Program-made: the position numbers and the translations under genes
In this document: in pieces, positions 40,159-49,114 of the stretch
Layout: every line of letters begins with the position of its first letter
Position numbering within the stretch: the first letter of the stretch is position 1
NCBI GenBank assembly: GCA_048268145.1
Contig: JBLWWC010000003.1
Location: forward strand, 1,522-65,521
DNA length: 64,000 nucleotides
Direction: 5' to 3'
DNA from: Qipengyuania sp.
Lineage (GTDB): Bacteria > Pseudomonadota > Alphaproteobacteria > Sphingomonadales > Sphingomonadaceae
Notes under the pieces: generated by a model
Told to the model about the DNA's origin: nothing
Seen by the model: only the letters and a program-made list of their open reading frames with translations
Databases searched by the model: none

Positions 40159-41556
40159 ATGGACTATATCTCCACCCGTGGCAGCGCGCCGACGCTCGAT
40201 TTCGCCGGGGCAACGCTTGCCGGTCTCGCCAGCGATGGCGGCCTTTATGTGCCCAGCGAATGGCCGCGCTTCACCACCGACGAAATTCGCGCCATGCGCG
40301 GCCTGCCCTATGCGCAGCTTGCCACGCGGGTGATGCAGCCCTTTGTCGGGGACAGCCTGTCACCCGAACGCCTGCTGGAACTGTGCGAGGCCGCCTATGG
40401 CCGTTTCGCGCACAAGGCGGTGACGCCGCTGGTCCAGCTGGACGAGCGGCAATGGCTGCTGGAACTGTTCCACGGGCCGACGCTCGCCTTCAAGGATGTT
40501 GCGCTGCAATTGCTCGGCCTGCTGTTCGAGGAGTTCCTCGCGCGGGAGAACAGCCAGCTCACCATTGTGGGCGCGACCAGCGGCGATACCGGCAGCGCGG
40601 CCATCGATGCGGTGGCAGGGCGCGACAATGTCGAGATTTTCATGCTCCACCCCAAGGGCCGGGTGAGCGATGTGCAGCGCCGCCAGATGACCACGGTGCG
40701 CGCGCCCAATGTGCACAATATCGCCATCGACGGCAGTTTCGACGATGCGCAGGCGATGGTGAAGCGCATTTTCGCCGATACGGATGTGACCGCCAAGCAC
40801 CGGATCGGCGCGGTCAATTCGATCAACTGGGCGCGGCTGATGGCGCAGGTGGTTTATTACTTCGCCGCCGCGCTGCAGCTGGGTGCGCCTGATCGCAAGG
40901 TTGCTTTCAGCGTACCGACCGGCAATTTCGGCGATGTGTTCGCCGGGCATGTTGCGGCGCGCATGGGCTTGCCGGTGGCGAAGCTGGTCGTCGCGACCAA
41001 TGTGAACGACATTCTCCACCGCGCGCTGTCCGAAGGCGATTATTCCGCCGGAACGGTGACGCCGACCGCTGCGCCGAGCATGGACATCCAGGTGAGTTCC
41101 AATTTCGAGCGGCTGCTGTTCGATGTCGGCGGACGCGACGGAGCGGCGATGGCCGAACAGATGCGCGGTTTTGAGAGCAGTAAGGCGATGCGGCTGACCA
41201 ATGCTCAGCGCGAAGGCGCGGCGCTGTTCGCCAGCGAGCGGGCCGAGCCGGACGATATGCTGCGCGCCATGCGCTGGGCGTGGGACAATGCGGGCGAGAT
41301 CGTCGATCCGCACACCGCCATCGGCCTGCATGCCGCGCTGCGCCAGGATTTGCCCGCCGATGTGCCTGTGGTCACGCTGGCGACTGCTCATCCGGCAAAG
41401 TTCGCCGATCCGGTGGAACGGGCGACGGGCCTGCGGCCATCGCTGCCCACGCGCGTGGGCGACCTGTTCGCACGCGAGGAAGCCTGCACCGACCTGCCGG
41501 GCGATTACGCCGCGGTGCGTGACTTCATTGTCGAAAATGCTACGCCCGCCGCCTGA
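40159..41556 (+). CDS. thrC: Threonine synthase
   Basis: YISTRG, ELFHGPTLAFKD, GATSGDTG, NSINWAR, VPTGNFG, TAHPAKF. Confidence 0.97.
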   Translation: MDYISTRGSAPTLDFAGATLAGLASDGGLYVPSEWPRFTTDEIRAMRGLPYAQLATRVMQPFVGDSLSPERLLELCEAAYGRFAHKAVTPLVQLDERQWLLELFHGPTLAFKDVALQLLGLLFEEFLARENSQLTIVGATSGDTGSAAIDAVAGRDNVEIFMLHPKGRVSDVQRRQMTTVRAPNVHNIAIDGSFDDAQAMVKRIFADTDVTAKHRIGAVNSINWARLMAQVVYYFAAALQLGAPDRKVAFSVPTGNFGDVFAGHVAARMGLPVAKLVVATNVNDILHRALSEGDYSAGTVTPTAAPSMDIQVSSNFERLLFDVGGRDGAAMAEQMRGFESSKAMRLTNAQREGAALFASERAEPDDMLRAMRWAWDNAGEIVDPHTAIGLHAALRQDLPADVPVVTLATAHPAKFADPVERATGLRPSLPTRVGDLFAREEACTDLPGDYAAVRDFIVENATPAA

Positions 41557-42449
41557 TGGCGACACTGACGCAAAATCCACTGCTGATGGTGGGCGAGGGC
41601 TGGGATGCCTATCGCCTGCTCGATAGCGGGCATGGCCGCAAGTTCGAGGAATACGGCCCTTATCGCTTTATCCGCCCCGAGCCCCAGGCGATGTGGCAAC
41701 CGCGCCTTGCCGAATGGGGTGCGCATGGCGAATTCGTGCCGGGCAGCGACGAGGATGGCGGGGGCCGCTGGCAGTTTTCCGGAGATGTGCCACTTGATGG
41801 CTGGGAGCTGGGTTGGGGCGATGAGGTGCGTTTCACCGCCCAATGCACGCCGTTCCGCCATCTCGGCTTCTTCCCCGATATGGACCCGGTGTGGCGCTGG
41901 ATGGGCGCGCAGCTGGGTGGACGGGCCGATGCCGAAACGATGAACCTGTTCGGCTATACCGGGGTGGGCTCGCTCGCGCTCAGCCGGTATGGCCGCGTAA
42001 CCCATGTCGATGCGAGCAAGAAATCGGTCGCGCAGGCCCGCGCCAATGCCGATGCTTCGGGGATGGGGGATCGCCCGATCCGCTGGCTGATCGACGACGC
42101 GGCGAAATTCACCGCGCGCGAGGTGCGCCGCGGCAACCGCTATGACGGCATCATCCTCGACCCGCCCAAATTCGGGCGCGGACCCAAGAACGAAACCTGG
42201 CGGCTTGAAGACAGCCTGCCCGGCCTGGTGCGCGATTGCCGTGCGCTGCTGGATGGCGACAGCCGGTTCCTGTTCCTCACCGTCTACGCCGTGCGGATGA
42301 GCAGTCTGTCGCTTGGCGGCTTGCTGTCGGAAATCTTCGCTGATTTGCCCGGCACGATCGAACATGGCGATCTGGCGGTGCTAGAAAGCGGTGAGGGCGC
42401 ACGCCTGTTGCCAACCGCGATCTTCGCGCGCTGGTCCAATCCCGGCTAA
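41556..42449 (+). CDS. Class I SAM-dependent methyltransferase (RlmI/K-like)
   Basis: YRLLDSG, NLFGYTG, YDGIILDPPKFGRGP. Confidence 0.88.
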   Translation: MATLTQNPLLMVGEGWDAYRLLDSGHGRKFEEYGPYRFIRPEPQAMWQPRLAEWGAHGEFVPGSDEDGGGRWQFSGDVPLDGWELGWGDEVRFTAQCTPFRHLGFFPDMDPVWRWMGAQLGGRADAETMNLFGYTGVGSLALSRYGRVTHVDASKKSVAQARANADASGMGDRPIRWLIDDAAKFTAREVRRGNRYDGIILDPPKFGRGPKNETWRLEDSLPGLVRDCRALLDGDSRFLFLTVYAVRMSSLSLGGLLSEIFADLPGTIEHGDLAVLESGEGARLLPTAIFARWSNPG

Positions 42450-42459
42450 GGCGGGCGAC

Positions 42460-42834
42460 ATGACCGATTCGCTCCACCTCGAAGTCGCGGACTTCGAACA
42501 CGATGTCCTCACCGGCATCTATTCCGAAGAGACCGGCAAGCCGCAGCCGCTGCGGTTTACCATCACCGTACGGTTGAAGCCGCTGCGGCATTACGATCCC
42601 GATACGTCGCTGGACGATTCGAAGAATTACATGGATCTGAAATTCGCCGCTTCGGATGCGCTGCCCGAAGGCGTGCATTTCAAGCTGATCGAGGCTGTGG
42701 CTGACCATGTGTGCGAAACGCTGTTCCTGCAGGACAAGCGCGTCGAGGCGGTGACGGTCAAGATCGTCAAGCTCGCCATTGCCGAGGCGGGCGAGAAGAT
42801 TGGCATCACCCTGCACCGGGAGCGGCGCGGGTGA
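42460..42834 (+). CDS. folB: Dihydroneopterin aldolase-like protein
   Basis: GIYSEETGKPQPLRF, YMDL, HFKLIEAVA, VKIVKL. Confidence 0.75.
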   Translation: MTDSLHLEVADFEHDVLTGIYSEETGKPQPLRFTITVRLKPLRHYDPDTSLDDSKNYMDLKFAASDALPEGVHFKLIEAVADHVCETLFLQDKRVEAVTVKIVKLAIAEAGEKIGITLHRERRG

Positions 42835-43145
42835 AAACCATCGTGGTGGAAGGGCTGCCGGACGATCCGCTGGACGCCGCCGGTGTCTTCCACCAGAACT
42901 GGCTGCCCCATGCCGAGGCGTCCTTGGCCGAGGGCGCGGACCTGCTGCTGGTCTTTGCGCCAGCCGATCACACCCATCGCGGCTGGCGCGCGGCGGCGGT
43001 GCAGGGGCTGGCACGGCGATATGCGCCGACAAGGGCCAATGCGACCACCGGCGACGGCGCGATCAATGCGCGAATCGCCAGCTATTTCGAAGGCGCGCCG
43101 GGTGTGACCGGCCAGTATCTGGAAGCCGCAGCTGCAAATCGGTGA
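42831..43145 (+). CDS. Short protein resembling an SDR C-terminal fragment
   Basis: GTGA overlap with folB; WRAAAVQGLARRYAPTRAN..., APGVTGQYL resemble the SDR C-terminal half. Confidence 0.6.
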   Translation: MKTIVVEGLPDDPLDAAGVFHQNWLPHAEASLAEGADLLLVFAPADHTHRGWRAAAVQGLARRYAPTRANATTGDGAINARIASYFEGAPGVTGQYLEAAAANR

Positions 43146-43181
43146 TGGCCCTTATTGCCGCGCTTCGGTAGTCTGCTCGCT

Positions 43182-44186
43182 ATGACGGCGACACCGCTTA
43201 TCGACGGCTTCCAGCGGCGCGTCACCTATCTGCGTCTATCGGTCACCGATCGCTGCGACCTGCGCTGCACATACTGCATGCCGCGCGACATGAAATTCCT
43301 GCCACGCAACGAAGTGCTGAGCCTGGAAGAACTGCACCGGCTGGCGCTGGCTTTCATCGAACGGGGCGTGACCAAGATCCGCCTGACCGGGGGTGAGCCG
43401 CTGGTGCGGCGCGACATGATCGATCTGGTGCGCGCGCTGGGGCGACAGTTGGATGGTGGCGGGCTGGAGGAATTGACGCTCACCACCAATGCGACGCAGC
43501 TTGCCCGGCATGCGGCTGCGCTGGCCGATGCGGGTGTGCACCGTATCAATGTCTCCCTCGACACGCTGGACCGCGCGCGATTTGCCGATCTGACCGGCCG
43601 CGATGCCCTGCCGCAGGTGATGGAGGGGATCGCCGCTGCCGGTGCTGCGGGGATGGCGATCAAGATCAACACCGTCGCGCTGCGCGGCATCAACGAAACC
43701 GAGATCGCGGACATCATCGCCTGGGCGCATGGCGAGGGGCACGATTTGTCGCTGATCGAAGTGATGCCGCTGGGCGAGGTGGAGGGCGACCGGGTCGACC
43801 ACTTCCTGCCGCTGACCGCCGTGCGCGAGCGGCTGGAGCAAGTCTTTACGCTGATGCCCTCATCGCACCGCACCGGCGGACCGGCGCGCTATTTCGATAT
43901 TGCGGAAACCGGCGGCAGGCTGGGTTTGATATCGCCGCTGACCAACAATTTCTGCGCGGGATGCAACCGGATGCGGGTGACGACGACCGGACAGCTTTAC
44001 CCCTGCCTCGGCGGTGGTGAGCGGGTGGACCTGCGCGCTGCACTGCGCCAAGGGGACGACAATGCGGCGCTCGACGCCGCGATGGACAGGGCGCTGACCA
44101 TTAAGCCGGAGCGCCACGATTTCCGCATCGACGCACGCGGTGCTGCCCCGGCGCAGGCGCGGCACATGTCGGTCACGGGTGGCTGA
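43182..44186 (+). CDS. moaA: GTP 3',8-cyclase (radical SAM)
   Basis: CDLRCTYC, LTGGEP, FCAGCNRMR...LYPCL, C-terminal GG. Confidence 0.97.
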   Translation: MTATPLIDGFQRRVTYLRLSVTDRCDLRCTYCMPRDMKFLPRNEVLSLEELHRLALAFIERGVTKIRLTGGEPLVRRDMIDLVRALGRQLDGGGLEELTLTTNATQLARHAAALADAGVHRINVSLDTLDRARFADLTGRDALPQVMEGIAAAGAAGMAIKINTVALRGINETEIADIIAWAHGEGHDLSLIEVMPLGEVEGDRVDHFLPLTAVRERLEQVFTLMPSSHRTGGPARYFDIAETGGRLGLISPLTNNFCAGCNRMRVTTTGQLYPCLGGGERVDLRAALRQGDDNAALDAAMDRALTIKPERHDFRIDARGAAPAQARHMSVTGG

Positions 44187-44428
44187 TGGCGGTGCGTGTC
44201 CTCTTTCTGGGGCCTTTGCAGGATATGGCGGGCGAGGATTCGCGCGACTTGCCCGCGCCGCTCGACTGGGCGGGGCTACTCGATGCGGTCGGACCGCAGA
44301 TCGCGGAGCAGCTCCGGCACGAGCGGGTGCATGTCGCCTGCGCGGGGCGCGTGCTGGCCGACAAGACTGCGCTCGCCGCGCAGGATGGGGACGAGGTGGC
44401 GCTGCTGCCGCCGGTCAGCGGTGGCTAG
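44186..44428 (+). CDS. moaD: Molybdopterin synthase sulfur carrier
   Basis: 80 aa, DEVALLPPVSGG C-terminus. Confidence 0.92.
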   Translation: MAVRVLFLGPLQDMAGEDSRDLPAPLDWAGLLDAVGPQIAEQLRHERVHVACAGRVLADKTALAAQDGDEVALLPPVSGG

Positions 44429-44903
44429 GCTCGCGCTGGCATCTCCGCTCGATATACGCCTGCTCGACAAGGGGCTGAGCGTTGGCGAAGCGCTGGCCGC
44501 TTTCAACGCCGCGCATTCCCAGGTGGGCGGCGTGGCAAGTTTCCTCGGCAAGGTGCGCGGCGAAGGCGGTGTCCATGCGCTGGAACTGTCGCATTACGAG
44601 CCGCTGACGCTGCCGAGCATGCGCGAATTGGCGCAGGAGGCGCTGGAACGTTTCTCGCTGCATGGGCTGCTGGTCTGGCACAGAATTGGCGTCATGACGC
44701 CGGGCCAGCCCATCGTGCTGGTGGCCGCCGCCGCTACCCATCGCCGCGGCGCGTTCGAGGCGGTGGATATGGTGATGGACCACCTCAAATCCGCATCCTG
44801 GTTCTGGAAGCGCGAGCGGCGCGATGATGGCTGGCACTGGATCGAACCGCGCGGCGAGGATCACGCCGATCTTGCGCGGTGGAAAAAATTGCCGCCCGTT
44901 TGA
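44421..44903 (+). CDS. moaE: Molybdopterin synthase catalytic subunit
   Basis: GGVASFLGKVR, LELSHY, HRIG, MDHLKSASWFWKRE; start uncertain. Confidence 0.9.
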   Translation: MARLALASPLDIRLLDKGLSVGEALAAFNAAHSQVGGVASFLGKVRGEGGVHALELSHYEPLTLPSMRELAQEALERFSLHGLLVWHRIGVMTPGQPIVLVAAAATHRRGAFEAVDMVMDHLKSASWFWKRERRDDGWHWIEPRGEDHADLARWKKLPPV

Positions 44904-44913
44904 ACTCGATCAA
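44900..44913. promoter_or_regulatory. FNR/FixK box
   Basis: TTGAACTCGATCAA (consensus TTGAT-N4-ATCAA, one mismatch) with CATAAA at 44936-44941 spaced as a class II -10. Confidence 0.65.
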
Positions 44914-44963
44914 ACACTGCGCGTCGCACCCTGCACATAAAGGCTCCAACAAAGGAGCCGGAC

Positions 44964-45128
44964 ATGTCCAAATATCTCGCCCATCGGCACGCGACTTCCC
45001 CGGGGGATATCGCCGCCATGTCGGCATGCGCGAGGGACAACGGGCAGCGATGGGCGCCGGGCAAGGCCCTCTATGCCGTGGTCGTCGCGCTCTATCTGGG
45101 CTTTCTCGCGGCGATGACCATCGGTTGA
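44964..45128 (+). CDS. 54-aa small membrane protein
   Basis: AAAGGAG RBS; MSKYLAHRHATSPGDIAAMSACARDNGQRWAPGKALYAVVVALYLGFLAAMTIG; C-terminal TM; not in ORF track. Confidence 0.65.
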   Translation: MSKYLAHRHATSPGDIAAMSACARDNGQRWAPGKALYAVVVALYLGFLAAMTIG

Positions 45129-45157
45129 CAATCTCGCCGCCGGGGGCCCTGGAGGGA

Positions 45158-45841
45158 TCAGGCCCGCATGGGTAGCCGCGTCGGGGCGATCATCTCGATC
45201 CCGCGCTTGCCATCGCGGCGGATCGCGCCCGATTTCTCGAACCGGGTAATCATCCGGCTGACCGTTTCGATGGTCAGGCCCAGCATTGCCGCCAGCTCCC
45301 CGCGTGACAGTGGCAGCTCGAACTTCTGCGCCGGATGACAGGGCGAATCGCTCGCGGCATTGGCAAGCGCGACGAGCATGCCGGCCACCCGCTCTTCCGC
45401 CGAAGCCGTTCCCGTCAGCGCCAGCAATTCGCGGCTGGCATGCAAATCTTCCTGCGTGCGGCGCAGAAGCGCGCGCGCCAGTTCGGGATAGGCGGTCAGC
45501 GCGCGGTCGAAGGCCGGGCCGGAAAACAGGCACAATTCGCAATCGGTCAGCGCGATCACATCGTATTGTGCGAATGGGCCGAACAATTCGCCGACAAATC
45601 CCGCCGGATGGACCAGCGCAAGAATACGCTCGTTACCGTCGGCATCGCTGGCCGCGATTTTCAGCACACCCTTTATCAGCGTGGCGCAGGCTTGCCGCTC
45701 TTCACCCGCCGCAAACAGCGTTTCGCCGCGCTTCAATTCGCGGGTGCGGCCCGAACGGGAAAGCTCGTCACGCTGGTCCTCGTCCAGCACGGAACAGGCG
45801 GCGCGGTCGCGCACAGGGCAGGCGGCACAGGCAAGGCTCAT
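45158..45841 (-). CDS. Crp/Fnr regulator, O2-sensing FnrN/FnrL type
   Basis: N-terminal C-x2-C-x7-C, central Cys (DCELC), recognition helix LTIETVSR. Confidence 0.88.
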   Translation of the reverse strand: MSLACAACPVRDRAACSVLDEDQRDELSRSGRTRELKRGETLFAAGEERQACATLIKGVLKIAASDADGNERILALVHPAGFVGELFGPFAQYDVIALTDCELCLFSGPAFDRALTAYPELARALLRRTQEDLHASRELLALTGTASAEERVAGMLVALANAASDSPCHPAQKFELPLSRGELAAMLGLTIETVSRMITRFEKSGAIRRDGKRGIEMIAPTRLPMRA

Positions 45842-46350
45842 CGGGTGGCTGCGCGCAGCCGGGCAAGGACAGCGTCCTGTTCGCGCACAAGGGCGATCAC
45901 CTGTTCACGCGCCGCATCGATGGCGCTGCGGTCTTCGTACTGGATGCTTGCAGCGACATAGAGCGTGTCAAGATCGCCCAGCGCGATGGCTGTCTGGCTG
46001 CGCGTCGAATCGAGATCGGACAACGCCACTTCGGCGGCAGCGAAGGCATTGCTGTCACGCGATGCGCCGCGCGCCGCCTGTACCCGGCTGCTGGCGACAG
46101 GCGCGGCGCGGGTGAATTCGGCATGCGCTTCGCGCGCATCGGCAAGGAGCGAATCGAGGCGCGGGGCGAGGCCCTGCGGAAGCTCGGTCGGGACCTCCGG
46201 CACGTCGATGGGATCGGCGGGGACCGGTTCGAACTGGCCTTCCACCCGCTCCACATCGCGCGTGGCGAGCGAGGGGTAGCGCCCGTCGGCGCTGGTGCAG
46301 GCTCCCAGCGAAGCGGCAAGGCCGAGAAGGAGAAAGGGTGTAAAACGCAT
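45838..46350 (-). CDS. Putative lipoprotein
   Basis: MRFTPFLLLGLAASLGA-C lipobox, YPSLATRDVE; stop overlaps fnr ATG. Confidence 0.75.
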   Translation of the reverse strand: MRFTPFLLLGLAASLGACTSADGRYPSLATRDVERVEGQFEPVPADPIDVPEVPTELPQGLAPRLDSLLADAREAHAEFTRAAPVASSRVQAARGASRDSNAFAAAEVALSDLDSTRSQTAIALGDLDTLYVAASIQYEDRSAIDAAREQVIALVREQDAVLARLRAATR

Positions 46351-46420
46351 CGCCAGCCTGATAGCACGGGCAGCGATTGTCGCCACCCGCCTTCGATACG
46401 CATTTCCTCACGATCCGGCG

Positions 46421-46449
46421 TTGACTTTGCAACTCCCTTCCCTTAACGG
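46421..46449 (+). promoter_or_regulatory. Probable sigma70 promoter of rplU-rpmA
   Basis: TTGACT at 46421 with a TAACGG-like -10 17 nt later. Confidence 0.4.
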
Positions 46450-46560
46450 CCACGTTCTTTCCGGCATACCCGCCTTGCGGGCGTTCGGACGCGCCGTTTC
46501 TGTGTTGGCGATTTTCGCCGGGGCCGTGCGGCACAGCAATTTGATTGAGAGATACAGACC

Positions 46561-47043
46561 ATGTTCGCAGTAGTGCGCACGGGCGGCAAGCAGTATCGGG
46601 TTGCCGCCGGAGACAAGATCGCAGTCGAAAAGCTCGCCGGTGATGCGGGCGACACCGTGACGCTGGGCGATGTCCTGCTGGCCGGTGAAGGCGACAAGCT
46701 GGCCGATGCCGGCAAGGTCACCGTTTCGGCGGAAATCATCGCCCAGGCGAAGGGTGAGAAGGTCGTGGTGTTCAAGAAGCGCCGCCGCCACAACTATCGC
46801 CGCAAGAACGGCCACCGCCAGCAGCTGACCCTGCTGCGCATCACCGACGTTGGTGAAGGTGCCAAGAAGGCTGCACCGAAGGCGGAAGCCAAGAAGGCTG
46901 CTCCGAAGAAGGATGCTTCGGAAGAGAAAGCCGCGCCCAAGGCCAAGAAGGCAGCGCCGAAGAAGGCCGCCGCCACCAAGGCTGCTGCGGACAAGAAGCC
47001 TGCTGCCAAGAAGGCCGCAGCCAAGAAGACCGACACGAAGTAA
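46561..47043 (+). CDS. rplU: 50S ribosomal protein L21 with Lys/Ala-rich C-terminal extension
   Basis: [31 protein letters not shown] then about 60 aa of AKKAAPKK-like repeats. Confidence 0.97.
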   Translation: MFAVVRTGGKQYRVAAGDKIAVEKLAGDAGDTVTLGDVLLAGEGDKLADAGKVTVSAEIIAQAKGEKVVVFKKRRRHNYRRKNGHRQQLTLLRITDVGEGAKKAAPKAEAKKAAPKKDASEEKAAPKAKKAAPKKAAATKAAADKKPAAKKAAAKKTDTK

Positions 47044-47055
47044 GGATACCGGACG

Positions 47056-47325
47056 ATGGCACATAAAAAAGCAGGCGGTTCGTCCCGCAACGGTCGCGAC
47101 TCAGCCGGCCGTCGCCTTGGCGTGAAGAAGTTCGGCAGCGAAAACGTCGTCGCCGGCAACATTATCGTGCGCCAGCGCGGCACGAAGTTCTACCCGGGCA
47201 GCAATGTCGGCATGGGCAAGGACCACACGCTGTTCGCGCTTTCGGACGGAATCGTGCGATTCCACACCGGCAAGCAGAGCCGCAAATATGTCTCTGTCGA
47301 CATGATGGCGGAAGCAGCCGAATAA
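47056..47325 (+). CDS. rpmA: 50S ribosomal protein L27
   Basis: [16 protein letters not shown]. Confidence 0.98.
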   Translation: MAHKKAGGSSRNGRDSAGRRLGVKKFGSENVVAGNIIVRQRGTKFYPGSNVGMGKDHTLFALSDGIVRFHTGKQSRKYVSVDMMAEAAE

Positions 47326-47391
47326 CCGGACGGTTCGATAACGGGATCGTCCAAGCGGGACGGTCCCAGCCGGGCTAACAGCCGGCAGACG

Positions 47392-47424
47392 AAGAGGGAG
47401 ATGGGGCCGACCCGTCTCCCTCTT
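47392..47424 (+). terminator. Terminator-like hairpin after rpmA
   Basis: AAGAGGGAGATGGG-GCCGA-CCCGTCTCCCTCTT followed by a pyrimidine-rich tract. Confidence 0.6.
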
Positions 47425-47532
47425 GTCGTTTCTCCTTCTTCAAAAATCGCGGCGAAATTGCATTTCGCCATCACGCAATTGTCACGCGTCCGGACTAGGA
47501 GCCCGGAGCGTGGAGTGAAGGGGAGTAGACCT

Positions 47533-48075
47533 ATGTTCCATGTTACCGAAAGGCTGCTGTTGCGGCCTGCCTGGCCCGAAGATGCAAGAGAGCTGTTTGC
47601 CGGAATCGCCGATAAGCGCGTCGTCCGCAATCTCGCCCGTGCGCCCTGGCCCTACTCCTTCAAACATGCGCGCGATTTCGTCATGCGTACGCACGATCCG
47701 CGCTATCCGGTGTTCCTTGTCACCATGCCCGGCAACAAGGGTTCGCATCTGATCGGTTGCGTCGGCATCGATCGCAGCGACAGCGCCGATGTGGAGCTCG
47801 GGTACTGGATCGCCCAGCCGTTCTGGGGACGCGGTTTCGCCAGCGAAGCGGCGCGCGGCGCACTCGAAGTGGCGCGCCTGCTTGGGTATGAACGGGTTGA
47901 GGCCGGGCACTTCACCGACAATCCCGCATCGGGCCGCGTGCTGCGCAAGGTCGGCTTCCGGCCGACCGGCAAGGTGGAGGACCGCCACAGCTGCGGGCGC
48001 GGCGGAAAGGCCCCTTGTGCGCTCTATCGCATGGATCTGAGCGAAGCGGCCGAAGCGCCCCTCCAAGCGGCCTGA
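47533..48075 (+). CDS. RimJ/RimL-like GNAT N-acetyltransferase
   Basis: TERLLLRP, ELGYWIAQPFWGRGFASEA, NPASGRVLRKVGF. Confidence 0.9.
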   Translation: MFHVTERLLLRPAWPEDARELFAGIADKRVVRNLARAPWPYSFKHARDFVMRTHDPRYPVFLVTMPGNKGSHLIGCVGIDRSDSADVELGYWIAQPFWGRGFASEAARGALEVARLLGYERVEAGHFTDNPASGRVLRKVGFRPTGKVEDRHSCGRGGKAPCALYRMDLSEAAEAPLQAA

Positions 48076-48094
48076 CGGCTGGATCAGACATGAA

Positions 48095-48122
48095 AAAGGC
48101 CCCGCATCGCTGCGGGGCCTTT
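48095..48122. terminator. Bidirectional intrinsic terminator
   Basis: Perfect 12-bp stem AAAGGCCCCGCA-TCGC-TGCGGGGCCTTT between convergent genes. Confidence 0.8.
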
Positions 48123-48140
48123 CTTCGATGGAATCGGTGA

Positions 48141-49019
48141 TTATTCCGCGGGCATCAGAGCGGCTTCGAATTCGCCCTCATATTTGCCGATCAACTCGCG
48201 ATCGTCATGGTCCCACGGATGGAAGCCCGGCTTGAAATAGCTGAGCCATGCGGGGAAGATCCGGCGCACGACACCCGGCGACACGGTGAGGTATTTGAAC
48301 AGGCCCCAGCGCGCCTTCCACCCGGTAATGCCGTCCTGCGCCAGCAGGTCGAGCGTGTCTTCCCAGCGATGCTTGAAGAAATTGAAGGTCACGATGGCCA
48401 TCATCAGGCTGCGCAATTTCCACCGGCGCCAGGGCGACCAGTCGCGCGTGGCGTGATTCCAGGTGTCGTAAGCGACGCCCTTATGCTCGATCTCCTCGAC
48501 CGCGTGCCAGCGCCACATATCGCGCACTTCCGGGTCGGCGTTTTCGAAATGCTTGGGATTGGCAAGGAATTCCGCCGCCATCATTGCGGTGTAATGTTCC
48601 AGCGCCATGGTCGCGGCGAGATTGACAATGACCGGACGGCCCTTGGTCATGGCCAGCATTTCTTCCACGCGCTTGTCGATCTTCTTGATGTCGTAGCCGG
48701 CATCTTCGGCAAGGCGGTTGAAGGCGATGTGTTCGCGCGTGTGGTTGATTTCCTGCTTCACGAAAGCGCGGATTTCGGTTTCCAGCTTGGGATCGGCGCC
48801 TTCGCGGTGCGCCTTCACCGCTTCGATAAAGAAAGCCTCGCCGCGCGGGAAAGTGGCCGACAGCGCATTATGCCAGGCGGTTCCGAAGGCATCGCCGGCC
48901 CACCAGCGGCGCGGTGTGACCGTGCGATTGAAGCGTTCGTCGCGGACCGTGATTTCCAGATCGCTGGGCGTGGGTACGCGGCGCGACGGGACACGGTCTA
49001 AATTCGAATGAGCGTTCAT
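48141..49019 (-). CDS. Predicted metal-dependent hydrolase (ferritin-like ExxH motifs), copy 1
   Basis: FPRGEAFFI, QEINHTREH, ALEHYT, WHAVEEIEHKGVAYD. Confidence 0.88.
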   Translation of the reverse strand: MNAHSNLDRVPSRRVPTPSDLEITVRDERFNRTVTPRRWWAGDAFGTAWHNALSATFPRGEAFFIEAVKAHREGADPKLETEIRAFVKQEINHTREHIAFNRLAEDAGYDIKKIDKRVEEMLAMTKGRPVIVNLAATMALEHYTAMMAAEFLANPKHFENADPEVRDMWRWHAVEEIEHKGVAYDTWNHATRDWSPWRRWKLRSLMMAIVTFNFFKHRWEDTLDLLAQDGITGWKARWGLFKYLTVSPGVVRRIFPAWLSYFKPGFHPWDHDDRELIGKYEGEFEAALMPAE

Positions 49020-49043
49020 TGGTGCGAATCCGTGGGTTGCTAC

Positions 49044-49081
49044 TTACAGCTATGTAAATAGCGTTACTTACACCAATGTCA
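49044..49081. promoter_or_regulatory. Tandem TetR-type operators
   Basis: TTACA-GCTA-TGTAA (49044-49057) and TTACA-CCAA-TGTCA (49068-49081), both preceded by TAC, 24 bp apart. Confidence 0.65.
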
Positions 49082-49114
49082 ATAAGCGGAGCGAGCCGAA
49101 CCGGACTGTGCCGA

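Noticed and set aside
47361-47400. Resemblance of GGTCCCAGCCGGGCTAAC...GAGGG to a twister ribozyme
   Set aside because: Lacks the CAAG spacing and I could not build the pseudoknots by eye; kept only as a generic structured-RNA candidate
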